A DNA stretch of 64,000 nucleotides from Bilabrum cf. latius (lineage: Eukaryota), in the NCBI GenBank assembly GCA_965178125.1, contig OZ237742.1, positions 124,001 to 188,000 of the forward strand, given 5' to 3'. Each line of letters starts with the position of its first letter. Within the stretch, counting starts at the first letter, position 1. Of the stretch, positions 35,305-47,808 are shown piece by piece. Under the pieces are notes generated by a model that saw only the letters and a program-made list of their open reading frames with translations, ran no database searches and was not told the origin of the DNA. A program made the translations under genes and the position numbers.

Positions 35305-38220
35305 ATGTCCGCCATGGACAGCTTGCAGGAAATTTTCTCGCGGTCCGATGCGGTGTTTAGTAGCCGCGGGGGCGCAAATGGACCGTAGTTGGCCCAGAGC
35401 TCTGCCCTTCGCCGAGTGCTTGCTGCGAAGCCAGCTGAAGAGGAACGGCTATTGAGGGCTACGATCTTCGTGTAGGAGCATGCTCGCCAGAGCGGCCGTA
35501 GTGTAGCACTATCCGCGCTACGGGGCATCGACGATGCGGCCGGACCGGGATACACATGGCACGTAGAACCTCCAACCTGCGGCGAGAGCGGCAGCTAGGG
35601 CCCGTTCAGTACTTGCAGCATCCTGCTGCGATTCGGCGAGTATGCCGGAGACGAGTGGGTGGCAACAGATGGTATCATTCGAAGTACGGACAGGAACAGC
35701 GGGGTTTACACGTTCCTCCGCGACGAAGACGGCGAGTTCCTCGCGATCGAGGTTGCCGAGCATCTGCCCGGCTGGATGGATGAGGGAAATGCAGAGGGCC
35801 GCGTGCTGATCCACCGGGGAAAGCTTCACCTCATCAGCCCAACAGTGGTACCTTGGTCCCCCGACAACTCGCCGCTGGCCCCCGACCGAGCGATCGCGGC
35901 GGTGTCCAGCGGCCTCTCAGGGACGGGGCCCAGCACGCTCGCACCGCGCGCCTGCCAGGTCACCCTCGAGCGCAAGCGGGAGGAGGCGCTGCGCGAGGCC
36001 AGATAGCAGCAGCTCCGGCTGGCAGTGCGCGCGCCCCCTCGCGTGCTGCGAGCACTGGAGCAAGTGCCCCAGCTGGGGGCGCACGCGTGCAGGGCAGTGG
36101 CCTACAGGGACCAGCGGGACGAGGGGCAGCTGGTGTCCGCCCGAAGGTTCCTAGCGAACCGTGGTCCTGCGAGAGAGGGGGGCGGCGGGGCGAGTGCCTT
36201 GGAGGCGGGCGTGGTTCGGCTGACGAGGTGCCTGTTTGCCCAGCTGACTGGGGGTCAGCTGTCGCTGCCTCGCAGGGTCAGGGACATGGTAGAGACGGGG
36301 GCTGAGGGAGAGGGAGAAGGAGAAGGAGAGGGGAAGGGGGAGCTGGGCACTGATAGGGGTGGTCAATCGAAGGATGATGAGACAGCCGGTGGAAACGGGG
36401 AAGCTGCTAGCACCAGCAGCAGCAGCAGCAGTACAAGCAGCAGCAGCAAAGCCTAGGCCATGTACGGCTTGCGGCTGTGGGCAGGCCTGGAGATACTCGC
36501 GGGTCGGGCCGCGCGCGCAGGCCGGCACGAGAGCGCCGCCCGTGCCCGCCACCGCAGGGAACAAGGGGTCGAGGGGAAGGAGGCTGCCAGACGCACGAGG
36601 CTGGTGGCGAGGCTGCTGCGGCTGCGGTAGGAGGCGGGGCGAGAGGCAGAGGCAAGGGCTAGTGGCGCAAGGGCAAGGGCAGGGGCAGGGTCTGATCAAG
36701 GGACCGGTGAGGCAGGCAGGAAGGCAACCGAGGTGGAGCGGCTGATTGTTGCCATGGACCCCATGCATAGAGCAGGTGTGACAAGTGCAGATGAAGCCGT
36801 GCGCGCTGCAATACGAGAAGCCAAGCTGGCTGGACCATCGGTGGGTGGACCATCAGTGGCCGGTGCATCCCCGGGTCCTGGCCTTGCCGCCTCTGCTGCT
36901 TCCTCTGCTTCTGATTCTGCGGCTGCTTCCGATTCCCATGTTTCCTCTGCTTTCGCCCTGGAAGCCAAGCTGACCAAGGTAGGCAAATGCCTGCGGGCTG
37001 TATCGAGCACGACAGCGGATGGCGCCAAGAAGGAGGAGGGGGGGCAGGATTGTGATGGAGCAGGGAGCGATGGAGCGGGGGAGACATCGGGGCGCGAGGC
37101 TTTCGAGTTCCTTCGGGCTGCCTCTAGTGCCCCAGTCGTGTCTTTGGCGCTCAGTCGAAGCGGAGAGAGGGCTGAAGCCGCTGCTGGCAGTGGTGGTGGA
37201 GAGAGGGCCGGCAAGATGGGGTTGGGGATGGGCATCAAGAGGGAGAGGGAGAGGGAGGAGGGGAGGGGGATGGGCATCAAGAGGGAGAGGGAGAGGGAGA
37301 GGGAGAGGGAGAGGGAGAGGGAGAGGGGGATGGGCCCTCGGGCGGACTCCATGGCATGGCTGCAGGCTGCCCCGGAGGAGATCGAGAGGCTGCTGCAGAG
37401 GCACACGGCGGAAGTGGCTCGTCTGCAGGGCAAGGGAGGTGCAGTGCATGGTGGTGCAGGCACCGACGCCAGTGGTGGCGGGGCCAGCGCAGGCCCTTCT
37501 GACGGTCCTGCCTCGGGCGTGGATGTCGCGGCGAATGCCCTCTTAGGTGGGTTGAGAGCTCTGGTGGACAAGACCAGTGACGCAGCTGGGCTTGACGTGG
37601 CAGGCGGTGCTAGTGGCCGGGGTGAGGGTGTTGGTGAGTCTCGCTTGCCTGCCACCAGCGGGGATGGGTCCGGCAGCGAGCACTCATTGAGCGACTCGAG
37701 CGAGTTCTGGTATGATTCTGACGACAGCTTTGGCGCACCTGATTAGAGGGGCAGTGATACAGATATCCATGAAGACAGGGATATCGATGAGGATGGGGTA
37801 CCGGCCCACAGCGCGGGTGCAGGTGCAAGTGGAGAGGGGGATCCTTTGGATGAGGGCGAGTGGAGCGACGCGGAGGATTCGGGGTTGGACGTTTCGGGCC
37901 AAGGGAATGATGGAGCGAAGGAGGGGCGCGTGCCTTCCCAGCGAGAGGTGTACGCAGCCATGGACGAGCAGCTGAGGAGCCAGATGCAGGCGGGCAGAGG
38001 CAGCGAGCCAGCCATCGCCAGTGCCGGGCCTGAACATGGCAGCCGCGAGGATGACGTGGACGAAGAGCTCGTGGAGTCCCTGTTAGAAGCAGTCTCCGAG
38101 GAGGGCCAGCTGGCAGGCCCTGCCAGTAGCCTGCTGCGGTCCTTTGGTCTGGAGCTGCCTCCCGAATGGCTCCTTGCCGGGGTAGCAAAGGAGAGGGCGG
38201 GGCAGGGATAGCAAGCGTGA
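35305..38220 (+). CDS. ECD: Ecdysoneless (ECD/hSGT1) family protein; 8 in-frame TAG
   Basis: YTWH...FGEYAGDEW...DEDGEFLAIEVAEHLPGWM...RVLIHRGKLHLI, VRLTRCLFAQL, GLRLWAGLEIL, DSMAWLQ, AAMDEQL and LLEAVSEEGQLAGPASSLL. TAGs at 35386, 35473, 35596, 36004, 36454, 36628, 37744, 38209; ends at TGA 38218. Confidence 0.88.
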
Positions 38221-38283
38221 TTGAAAAGGGATCTCTGTCGGATGACACTGGAAATTTGCCTCTTGCAACACGATAGAACATCG

Positions 38284-39132
38284 TCATAGAGGGATAGTGC
38301 TGGCCGCCGCCCCCGCCCCTCTCCTCGGGCCCTCGTCGGCAGCCGGCCCCAGCGCTCGGTTGGCCCTCCGAAATAGGACCCGTAGGGGCCTCCCAGCTTC
38401 TCGAAAATCCCTTGAAACTTCTGCAAGAGTCGTATGAATCGCCAAGTTCCTTTCATTGACTGCGATCACACCATCGCCAACCTGGATTTTGCCCGAGGCG
38501 CGAGCTGCCTGTGGCGTGCCGTCGGGAAAGTCTTTGAGCTGCCCAACAACAACCTCCCTCTGGGCATTCAGGACTACTATCATGCCGATGGGCTCCGGTC
38601 CAAATGTGACTGTGTAGTAGGGAGAATCGCCCGCCCGCCCGCTTTCAGCCAGCTCCGCCACGGCCGCAAGCTCCTCCGTGACCTGCTGGTGCAGCAACGT
38701 TCGGAGCTGCAGCTCGTCTTGCAACCGGCGGATCTCTGCCGCTTGCTTGTCGACCTTCATTTCTAGCATAGAAACTCGTTCCACGGATCGTGTATCCCTT
38801 TTCGATGCTCTACTCTAAGAGGGAGAGCGAATGCCGCGCTGCCTCGACGCCGACCGGACCGGCGATGCTCGAGCACTGCTGGCGGCGCCGCTACCCGATT
38901 GCCGCGCAGCCCTAAGCAAAGATGATGCCCTGCTAGATGCACGAGAAGCTGTGCGCGAAGCAGGGCGGCTCTGTCTCGACGAGCTCCGCCCCGTCCGTCT
39001 GTGTCTCAACGCGCTACTGCTTCGCGGCTTCGACGACGACCTTGACCGAGTTGATGCCGAGTCGCTATCCCTGAGCTTGAGGTTTCTGGCTTGATTTTGA
39101 GTGCTGAATTCATCGAGAGTTTCAGCGTGCAT
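38284..39132 (-). CDS. Coiled-coil plus PDZ-domain protein; 1 in-frame TAG
   Basis: YTVTFGPEPIGMIV...AARASGKIQVGDGVIAVN...RPLRVLFRR is a PDZ pattern. An R/S-rich N-terminus joins across TAG 38815; ends at TGA 38284. The start could be ATG 39246. Confidence 0.72.
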
Positions 39133-39305
39133 GGCAGATAGGCTTGGAGTGGAGCACGAGGCGAGCGCGGAGGGACGGGATTGAGCCAACTTTGAAACGA
39201 CACGCAACTGCTTTTCGACGATCGAGCAATACAGTTTCACGTGCATTTGGCTGCTGCACAGACGGCAAGCGAAGGTGCCACCCTGCAACACAATCCCCAA
39301 TCGAA

Positions 39306-42300
39306 TCAACCTTCCCTGAGCACGTAGGCGAGAATGTACGCCTCCCTGCGGGTGCGCGGGTCGTCGAGCACGTGGTCCGGCAGGTCACCCACCTGGCTGT
39401 CGTCCCAGCGCCTCCACTGCTCGTCTGTCAGCATCTTGACCAGTGCCATGCCATACAACTCTTTCAATTCCTCCGCGTTGTCCTCTCGAAGATCATCGTC
39501 GACTCTGTTTCGGTTGTGCTACTCCACTATCCCGTCCAGCAGCACCCCCATATCATCCAGCCCGAGCCCAACAGGGAGGCCCTTGGCGTCGCAGATGTAG
39601 TGCCCGTGTCGGGGACTCTCCCCCTGGTGTCGAAGGACGCTACGGAGCTCGTACACTGCCCTGCGGCTGCAGCGGGGGCGGGAGTGCGCGCTCGCAGCCG
39701 TGGAACCGTCCTCCTCCCCCCCGGGCGCCTCCCTGCCTCCTGCACCGCCACACGGTGCCTGCGTTTGCCCGAACACAGAATCAAGAACGTCCTTTCCTGG
39801 CCTCCCGGCAGATCCATCCATCATTGCCACCCCTAGATCGGGCAAGCCCGCTCCCTTCGCCGCTCCCTTTGCCCTTGCCATTGCCTTGACTCCTGCTGTG
39901 TCCTCGTCCTCGTCTTCAGGCACGTCAGGCCCGCCGTCCCAACGCCGCTCGAACAGCGAGGCACCAAGGTACCGAGGCAGCCACGAGTCCACCAACCGTT
40001 GCCTAGCTGCCTCGGTGGCCGCTGCGCTGCTGGATGCCTGGGAGGACCTGCGCCTCTTCTTGGACGAGGAAGAAGACGAGGACGAGGAAGAAGACCCAGC
40101 CGCAGAATCAGAGGCAGATGCAGCTGAGGAGGAGGAGGAGGAGGATGAGGAAGAGGAAGAAGAGGGAGTGGGCTGCTTCTTTCTCGGGAAGCCTTCAGCC
40201 TCGTCGTCCGCCAGTGCGCCTGCGTCGATCACCACCTCGCTGAGGGTCGCGCTCTGCTCGGGCGATGTCGCGAGTGCCGAGGCAGGGGGCTGGCTAGGGA
40301 CCAGTCCGCCCATCTCGGCAGCCGCACCCGGGGCTTGCCTCGATGGCGTGCCCTTGAGGCTGCCTTCCTCGCTGTCGCAGTCAATGATGTCCTCCGCCTG
40401 GGAGCCACTCAGCGATGGGTCAGACCCGGACTCCTTGCCGTCCTCCGGCTCGATCGGGTGCCTGGACGGCCGGTCGTCGTCGGTCGAACGCAGCGCGGTG
40501 GTGCGAGTCTCGTCGCTAGACGTGGAGTCGCGCCGCTACCCCAGCCGTACCTCGGTCACCAGCGCCCCCAGTCCCGTCCCGCGGTCCAGGGGGGAGTCCA
40601 CCGAGTCCTCGGAGCTGAGCATGGCGTCAAACGGCTTGCGCCGCTTGCTGCCCAGCTGAGGGTTGCTGGATGCCCGCGGCTGGCTTCGCCTCTTCAAGCG
40701 AGTACGTCTAGTGCCCTCGATTCCAGGCTTGCCGCGGCTGGCCCCGGAGTCCCGCCCGTCACTCTCGCTGCCTGACCCATCGCTTGTAATGTCCAGCTCG
40801 TCCTAAACCTTGTTGATCCTGAGCTGGCCGCCCTGCTGCAGATTGCCAACGCCACCACTGCTACTGCCTCGGGAATTGCCCCCCGCGCTACGCAGCCCTC
40901 CTCCAATCACGTCGTCTCGCCGTGCGCGCGGCTTGTCCGTATTCTGCTGCTGCTGCGCTGGCGAGGTCATCCGCTTGTAGGCCGGTTGCCCTGGTAGGAG
41001 GAGCGCATTGTCCGAGTCGTCCTCATCGTCATCCGAATAGTCGTCCTTCTCCTTCTCGTTCTCCTCGCCTTCACTCGTGTCTGCACCCTGACCCCTCGAA
41101 TCTTTGGAATCTTTCACCTTGCCGGAAGCACGCCCGGACTCTGCCTCGGATCCCGGGCTGGACGGTACTGTGTTGGATGGACCCCTTATGGGACTAGGGC
41201 TGGCTGAGGCTGCTGAGCCTGCGTGCGATTTGCCTTCGCTGCCCCTTCCGCGCCTACCTTGCTACTGGCTGTTCCCCGGAGCCTCGCTTTCGTCATCATC
41301 CGACGATAACTCGATCGGCCCCCTCCCCGTGCTCCCACTCTGCCCGTTGCCGCCCCCACCGCGCAACCTCAGCACAGAGACGCCGCCGCCCTTGAGCTCG
41401 ACGTAATCGCCAGCCTGTTTCTTCTTTGCGCTGCTGCTGCCACTGCTGCTGCTGGACGAGGAATTGGGGCTCGCTTTTGTCGCTGTGCCGGCTGCAGGAG
41501 GCAGCCTCCCGGCCCCCGTGATGCTTCTATCCCACTGCGCGTGGCCCCCCTGCGGCGCACGGTGCTTGCTTGAGGCAGTCACCAAGCTGGAGGGGATCAC
41601 GCGGTTGCTTCGGGCACGCTCGGACAGCGAACTGCTTTCAGTAACCGCTTCGAAAAGTGCGCTTGCGGGCTGACCTGTGGCCATCTCTACTAACTACCTT
41701 GCCCTCCTGCTGGACCCACCAGACATCAGACCAGATGTTCGCGCCCCAGACTTGCGGCTGATGGCAGGTGTCGAAGGCATTCCTCCTGCGTTGGGAGAAG
41801 TGACCGGCGGCATGGGTCCTTTCGATCCGCTGCGTTGCTGCGCGCGGCCCTGATACAACCTCGAGGTGGCGGCGAGACTTCCCATCGGGTAGCGCGAGTT
41901 TGGCAACCCCGACTGCTGCGGAGGCCTGCTAGGAGCCGGCTCGGGCTCGGGTTCTCCCCCTGCCGCCTTACGCAGCTTGGCTGCAGAGGCATCCATCGGC
42001 AGGGCGCTCTGAGCCAGGCACCGGATCGCACATGGCCCCGTGTGCTCCTGCGGGGGTGCCCTCACGGCTGGGCTCGTGAGCTGCGTGAGGTCGAGCACGG
42101 GGTCGATTCCCACTTCCTTGGCCACCTTAAGATACCGGAACTGCACATTACCAGTGTAGTCCACCTGCTTGATCCCTTGGAACCTCTTCAGGTGCACGAG
42201 CATGACCCGCGGCAGGGCTGAGATGACCGGCGTGAATACGGCCCGCCCGTGCCCGCAGTGCTCGCACTTCCTGTCCCTCACCTCGGGGTCGAAGGTGGCG

Positions 42301-45300
42301 CGCAGGCAAGCATCCAGGCTGATCCTGCCCTCTAGACCGCTAGACTTGAGGATCCGGCGGTGCGGCTGAAGCCGTTTCTGGACATCTTCTTCGTCGATGA
42401 GGCACTCTGCTAGCGCTGCGCACTCTCCGTCGGCTGATTCTTGCTCTGATGATTGAGAGTCTCCAAGCAAAGAAATCTGCACCTCCGGGCTAGATGGCTT
42501 GGAAGGCTCTCCTTCACTTGCAGCCGCATCGTCTCTCTTGCCATCGGCTGCTTCCGCCTCTTGCAATGCACCCTGTGGGGCATCCTCGTGCTCCACCCGG
42601 CGCCGCTTGCGGCTCCTGCCGCCCGGATCCTCGGACTGCTCAAATGTGCTCTTAGCTGACGTCACGTTGGCACCATCGGCTTGAGGCGAGGATTCTCCAT
42701 CAATCGGGGCCTACTCGGCACTCGCCGCAGCATCGCCATCCTGCATGGCCTCCTGCTGTGCGCCCTCCCCAGCATCGGACCCGCCGGACGCTGCCTTCTG
42801 CTTCCGCGCCCTCCTCCTTCGCCTCCGCTCCCTCTTGCGCCTCCTGGCGTCCTTCCTCCGCTGCTTGGCTCGCTCCAGCGCCTCCCGGACCTCCTTAGAG
42901 TCCTCGGCATTCGCGTCTGCCACGTCGCATTCCATCCTTGAGTGCAGCTCCACGCGGCTGTAAGCATGCCCGCACCGGCAGCATTGCACGCGCACCGTCG
43001 TCTCCAGACCAAAGAGGGAATGAGACGGCATCTGCCGCTGGTGCACCCACGCGACTGCTCGGTCTAAAAGCTCGGCTTGCACCTCGGGTGGCATTGACGC
43101 GCTGTCTGCAACTGCACCGCTGCTGTCGGACGACTCGGTGGCGGCCACATGGACGGGAGCGTCTGAGCGGACTCCAGCCCGGTGCATAGCCCGAAGCAAT
43201 CCATCGGCATCCACCGTCTGGCGAAGGGACTTCGCGTGAAGCTGGCTTGTGTCCGCAGCTGGACTGGAGAGTGACGAAGCGATGTGCACCGCACCGTCTG
43301 AAAACGCAAACTCGCTATTCTTTGACTGAAGCCCCCCTGCCACTGCTCGTACTGTGTCTTCTACAGTGTCCAGCTTGCCCATGATCGCGTGCTCCAGAGC
43401 TGGCTACTTGCCGAACAGGGCCGCGTCTCGGTCGAGCTGGTTCACGAGTGCGGTCAGGGCCTCGTCTGCGTCCTGCTGCCTGAACGAGTGCTGCCCAAAG
43501 TCTGGATTAACCCTGCCGAGGTGCCCCCTCAAAGAGCTGATGTTTTGCATCACCGATTTGCGAAAGTCGCCGGGACTCATGCAGCCACTGCTGATAGCTA
43601 GCTCTTGCTTTAGCCTCGAATGAGCCAGCAGAAAACACCGAAGAGCCGGAGATTGCATTGTCCCACCGGTACAATACAGCGCTGGCACGTCAGCTAGCGC
43701 CTTCAGCAGCGGCCTAACTTCGCTATGCACAACTGCAGAGGGTCCTGCTTGCTGCAGAGATTCGCTGGCCGTGATAAACGATCGCGCTACTGCACCCACG
43801 CCATCCTGACCATCATCATCGGCGTCTGTGTTTGAGTCGTCAGCCTTCATCTCTCGTTCTGCGACGCTCTTCATCTGTTCAACGAGGTTGGAATTGGGGC
43901 GTTGCGCCGAACCCGCGGCCGCCTACTTCTCATTGCTAGCGCTATCCTGCCTGTCCGTCCATCCCTCGATAGCGCCCAGGCAGCCCGCTACAGTCCTGAT
44001 CATCGCGGCCTCAGAGGCGGAGATGGGTGTGGCCCCCGTGCCCAGCGCGGCATCGGTGGACAGGCAGCCGCCCTCACTGCCCCCTGGTAGTGCCAGGACA
44101 CCCTCCCGGTCCTCCACGGCGGTGCAGTCGTGCAGCTAGCCAGATACCATGCTCCAATCCACCCTCTTTATCCCATTGTTGGCCGCCACGTCTCCCCTGA
44201 GTTTCAGCGCCCTGATCCTCGCGAGGGACAGCCCGCCCAGGGCAGCAGACCCCAGCATGCTCCGCGCGAAGGGGGGGCAGTGGCCCAGCATGGCCAGCAC
44301 CGAGTTCAGGTAGCACGTGTTCCCCATATTTCTGGTGCCGAATCGGAGGTAGTCTCGCCGGGGAACAACGAAGGTGGACGGCTGGGCCTGCCAGTGGTGG
44401 GTCAGGGTGCCCTGTTGCCGTGCCGGAGGGGGGCTCGAGGCAGCCGACAGACCCGGGAACACGGGTGAGTCGCCGCGCCCGCCGCCACGGTCCTCCACGG
44501 ATTCAAACTCCATGCGTTCCACGGGATCGGGTGAGCCAGAAGACCCTGGGCCGTCACCGTTGGCGGCCGAAGAGCTCCTCGTACCCGACGCCTACAACTT
44601 GCTGCCTGACAGGGCGACATCAGCAGCATTGCAGCCCCTCAATACTGGCTGGCTAGAAAGTGAAACCTTTGGCTTCAACGTGCCTGTTTCAGGAGCCTTG
44701 CGTTCGGATAGCTTTTCATGGTGATTCTGGCGGCGAGCGGGGCTGCCTTCAGCAGTTAGATCGATCATGCTTTGGCGGCTTTTGGAGGGGTGGCCAGGCG
44801 TTGTTGAGGGATCGCCAATGCCTGATTCGGTAGAGTCCTTCTAACGCGCAGCTGCCTGCTGATATTCCGAACGGTCAACCTTTACAACTTTCGTGCGCAG
44901 CTCTCTGTGCAGCACCTCGGCTACGAGAGGCTTTGCTTCCACTCGAAGCTTGGAAACCGCGCCTGTATCTATGATAAATAAATCCGACTCAACGACACTA
45001 GACTATCCCTTTCGACCATTGGTGATGTCGCTGCTGAGCACTTTGACACGAAGTTCGAATTCCTGTGTGGATAAAAGCAAAAGGAACAGGAACTCCTTGA
45101 CCAGACAGCATGATCTGGGCAAAATAGTCTAATGCAAAGCATCTGCCACATAGACTCACCAGTTTACTGGCGCTTTTGTCGTAGACGAGTAGCTGATGTT
45201 TGAAGCCGTCGGGCCCAGAGAAAGTTGCGAGTTGGAGCCAGCAAACGGAAGATTTGGCAACAATTCCTTCAATAGACAGTCTCGCGCATTTCTGCAGGAG

Positions 45301-45306
45301 AGACAT
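39306..45306 (-). CDS. Ubiquitin-specific protease (peptidase C19), USP37-like; join(45160-45306, 39306-45062); about 12 in-frame TAG
   Basis: Cys box FGTRNMGNTCYLNSVL, QQDADEAL, CCRC, KCEHC, LPRVMLVHLKRF, His box YELRSVLRHQGESPRHGHYICD. WRRWDDSQV...AYILAY is reached only past TAG 39519; ends at TGA 39306. The start could be ATG 45516. Confidence 0.87.
45063..45159 (-). other. Spliceosomal intron (97 nt, phase 0) in the USP gene
   Basis: Donor CTG|GTGAGT and acceptor CTTTTGCTTTTATCCACACAG|GAA. Removal joins DKSASKL to EFELRVKV and accounts for the frame change. Confidence 0.75.
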
Positions 45307-45998
45307 GCGGTTGCGTGTGGACGTCTGAGAGTGCGGGCGACGGAATAGTCCGATTTGCGATTCAGGCGCTGCCGGGGAGGTTCCGCTGAGCAGGTGCTCG
45401 TGCGCGGCGGCATGCTCGTCCGTCAAATCCGCGCACAGGCTCGCTCCGCCGGCATTTGCATCAGCGATTGTTAAGATGCGAGCATACCGTCTTGTATCGG
45501 GAGGTGTCCCGCCCATGGCTCCCGGAGGACACGAGTGGCGAAGCCATTCTGAACTCCGGAACGGAACGCGGGTTGTTGATCCGCATCGTGCCCAATGCAG
45601 TGGGTTGTGCAGATATGCCTCCTTGCCGCAGCTGGGCGATGGGGCACGCTTTGACGTGGGGCACGAACAGCCGTAAGGCGTATGTTCCCATAGTTGGTGG
45701 AGATTGTGAGAAATTTGTTATCGCAGCCGCCCACGTCGAGTGGGGGGGTTGCCTCCTGCGACTAACCACTCCCAGTGCTCCCACATCTTTGCACCCTCCA
45801 GCCTCGCTAATGTTTTCAGCACCCCGTCTCACCAGAGGCCAGGCTTACTGTGCTGGAACTCATATGCCAGAATACCAGATATCAGAATACCAGAATAGTT
45901 TAATAGTTTGGTAGTGTAAAACAATTGCATTGGGGGGGGGAAGACATTCGGGGGACTCAACTCAAAAGCGCACGCTATCACGAAGAAACATCTGGAAC

Positions 45999-47400
45999 GA
46001 GGGCCCGGGTCCTACCAGACTTCACGCTTCAGCTGCAATGGCCTAAATCACCTTAGCTCCACCCTGAGGACCCATTTCCCCCTGGGGAGCGTCAGCATTC
46101 ACGTTCCCTCCGGCGCCCGCTGCCGGCACCCCGTCCTGCTGCCCGTTCTGAGCCAACCCTGCCTTGACGTTGGCGATTGCCACGGCGAGGTTGTTGTTTC
46201 CGGCTGCCCCTACAGCCAGGCTGGCAAAGTCCCCCCGGACCGCCCTTACGAGCGCCCGTTTGGCCTACGCTGCAGCCCTCCTCGATCCCTTCTAGACAAA
46301 CTCGAGGATCCTTGAGTGGTCCTGCATGACCCGTGAGTACATAGTGTGGTAAACACGCTGTTCCCCGCGCACGTGGGGCGGCGACTGGGAGGCGAGCCTT
46401 AGCCACAGAAGTCCACGAGAGGCGCGCGTTGGCCGGACGAGTCGAAACCCGCCGCCCTTTGTCCTCCTACCTCTTCTTCCGCAACTTGTCGAGCACCTAC
46501 AGGACCTCGACCGACTTCTCCCCGATCCCACCCAACACGTCCACCACAAAGGGTACGACCCGCACGCCACTGCACACCGCCTCTTTCTGTGTCCTCACAG
46601 TCCCTGGACACCACTTGCCTTCTCCCCCGATCCGGACGCCGAGCGCTCCGAGGTCGACGGGTCTGCCGTAGCTGGCCAGCTTCATGGCATGCGCGGCCCG
46701 CAAAGCAGACCCCTCTTGCCAGTCGCTACCAATCCTCCACAACGAGCGGTCCCACTGGTAAGTTGCCGCAGTGGAATCAACCACCGTGACATCGATGAGA
46801 TAAGCCGTCCCTCGTGCTCAAAAAACAGGTCGCCTCGTGGCACGAGCGGACCGCGCCGACCCGGCCGGCAGCCGGGCCACTTGGCCCTCTGGCTCCCGGA
46901 TTGGGCGTCTGCCCGTGGCCTCGCGGACCACCTGCCAGTGCTCGAGCACGTTGAGTACCCGGAAGTGCCTGCGCTTGTCCTTGCACGTGGCACCGTGGCA
47001 GACTAACTAGATCAGTTCGACTACCTTGCCCTGCTTCCGGCACCCCGGGCAGATCTGCGTGACGCGCCACGCCTCCCCACATGCACCGTGCGTTGCCCCA
47101 AGAGGTTGTGGGGGACAGCTGCACAGCTATGGGATGGCGAGACGCTGGCAGAACATGCCCCGGGCATCTTCAGGCTGGACTCGGCTCAGGACAGAGAGCG
47201 GCGCATGCAGCCAAGCCCCGGCTCCTTGGGACCTGGCGGCGCGGATTGTGGCTCGCACCGCGCCTGCGTTCTCTCTGGTGACTGCATCGACCGGAGCGAG
47301 TCTGTCGTACGCAAGCGGAGATGGGGCATCCCAGATGAGCCTCTCCACCTGCACTCGCTCAGCTATTTCCGTCACATGGCTCTGGTTGCAGAGGCAAGCC
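45999..47400 (-). mobile_element. 5'-truncated, decayed RLE-type non-LTR retrotransposon, copy 2 (longest)
   Basis: Post-RT motif SQGAGAWLHAP...F..RLAIP, then [TAG]LCSC...CPGC...HGATCKDKRRH, then the RLE region (DVTVVDSTAATY...KLASY...VVPFVVDVLGGIG). ORF ends at TGA 46022-46024; frameshifts present. 5' boundary approximate. Confidence 0.82.
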
Positions 47401-47808
47401 AAAAGTTGCGTGCATTTATTGGCTTGCCCCGCTGAGGCCGGCAATGCAGTTCCGAAGATGGGCTATTTGGAACCGATCAACTTTTGCCTACCTATTCGAG
47501 CCGCCAGTCTCCTTGGGAAATCGCAGGATACTTATGTGAGTTTTCGTGCGTGGTGGCCTGGCATCTCCCGCTTGAAATCGATGCGTAATGCCATTCGATG
47601 CTGTTCCCATGCGTGGTGTGTAGAGATTGAGCCCATGTTTCCTACAGAGCTAGAATATTCGGATCGCACGAAGCATACGAACAAGCGTTAATGGTGAAAT
47701 ACTGTTTTGAGAAGGCTGTTCATGCCAGCAGCTTTGTATAACACCACACTGGCAAGACTTGAAATGGACCCGAGTGCATATATTGTTTTGACGCAGTAGA
47801 GTGGCACA

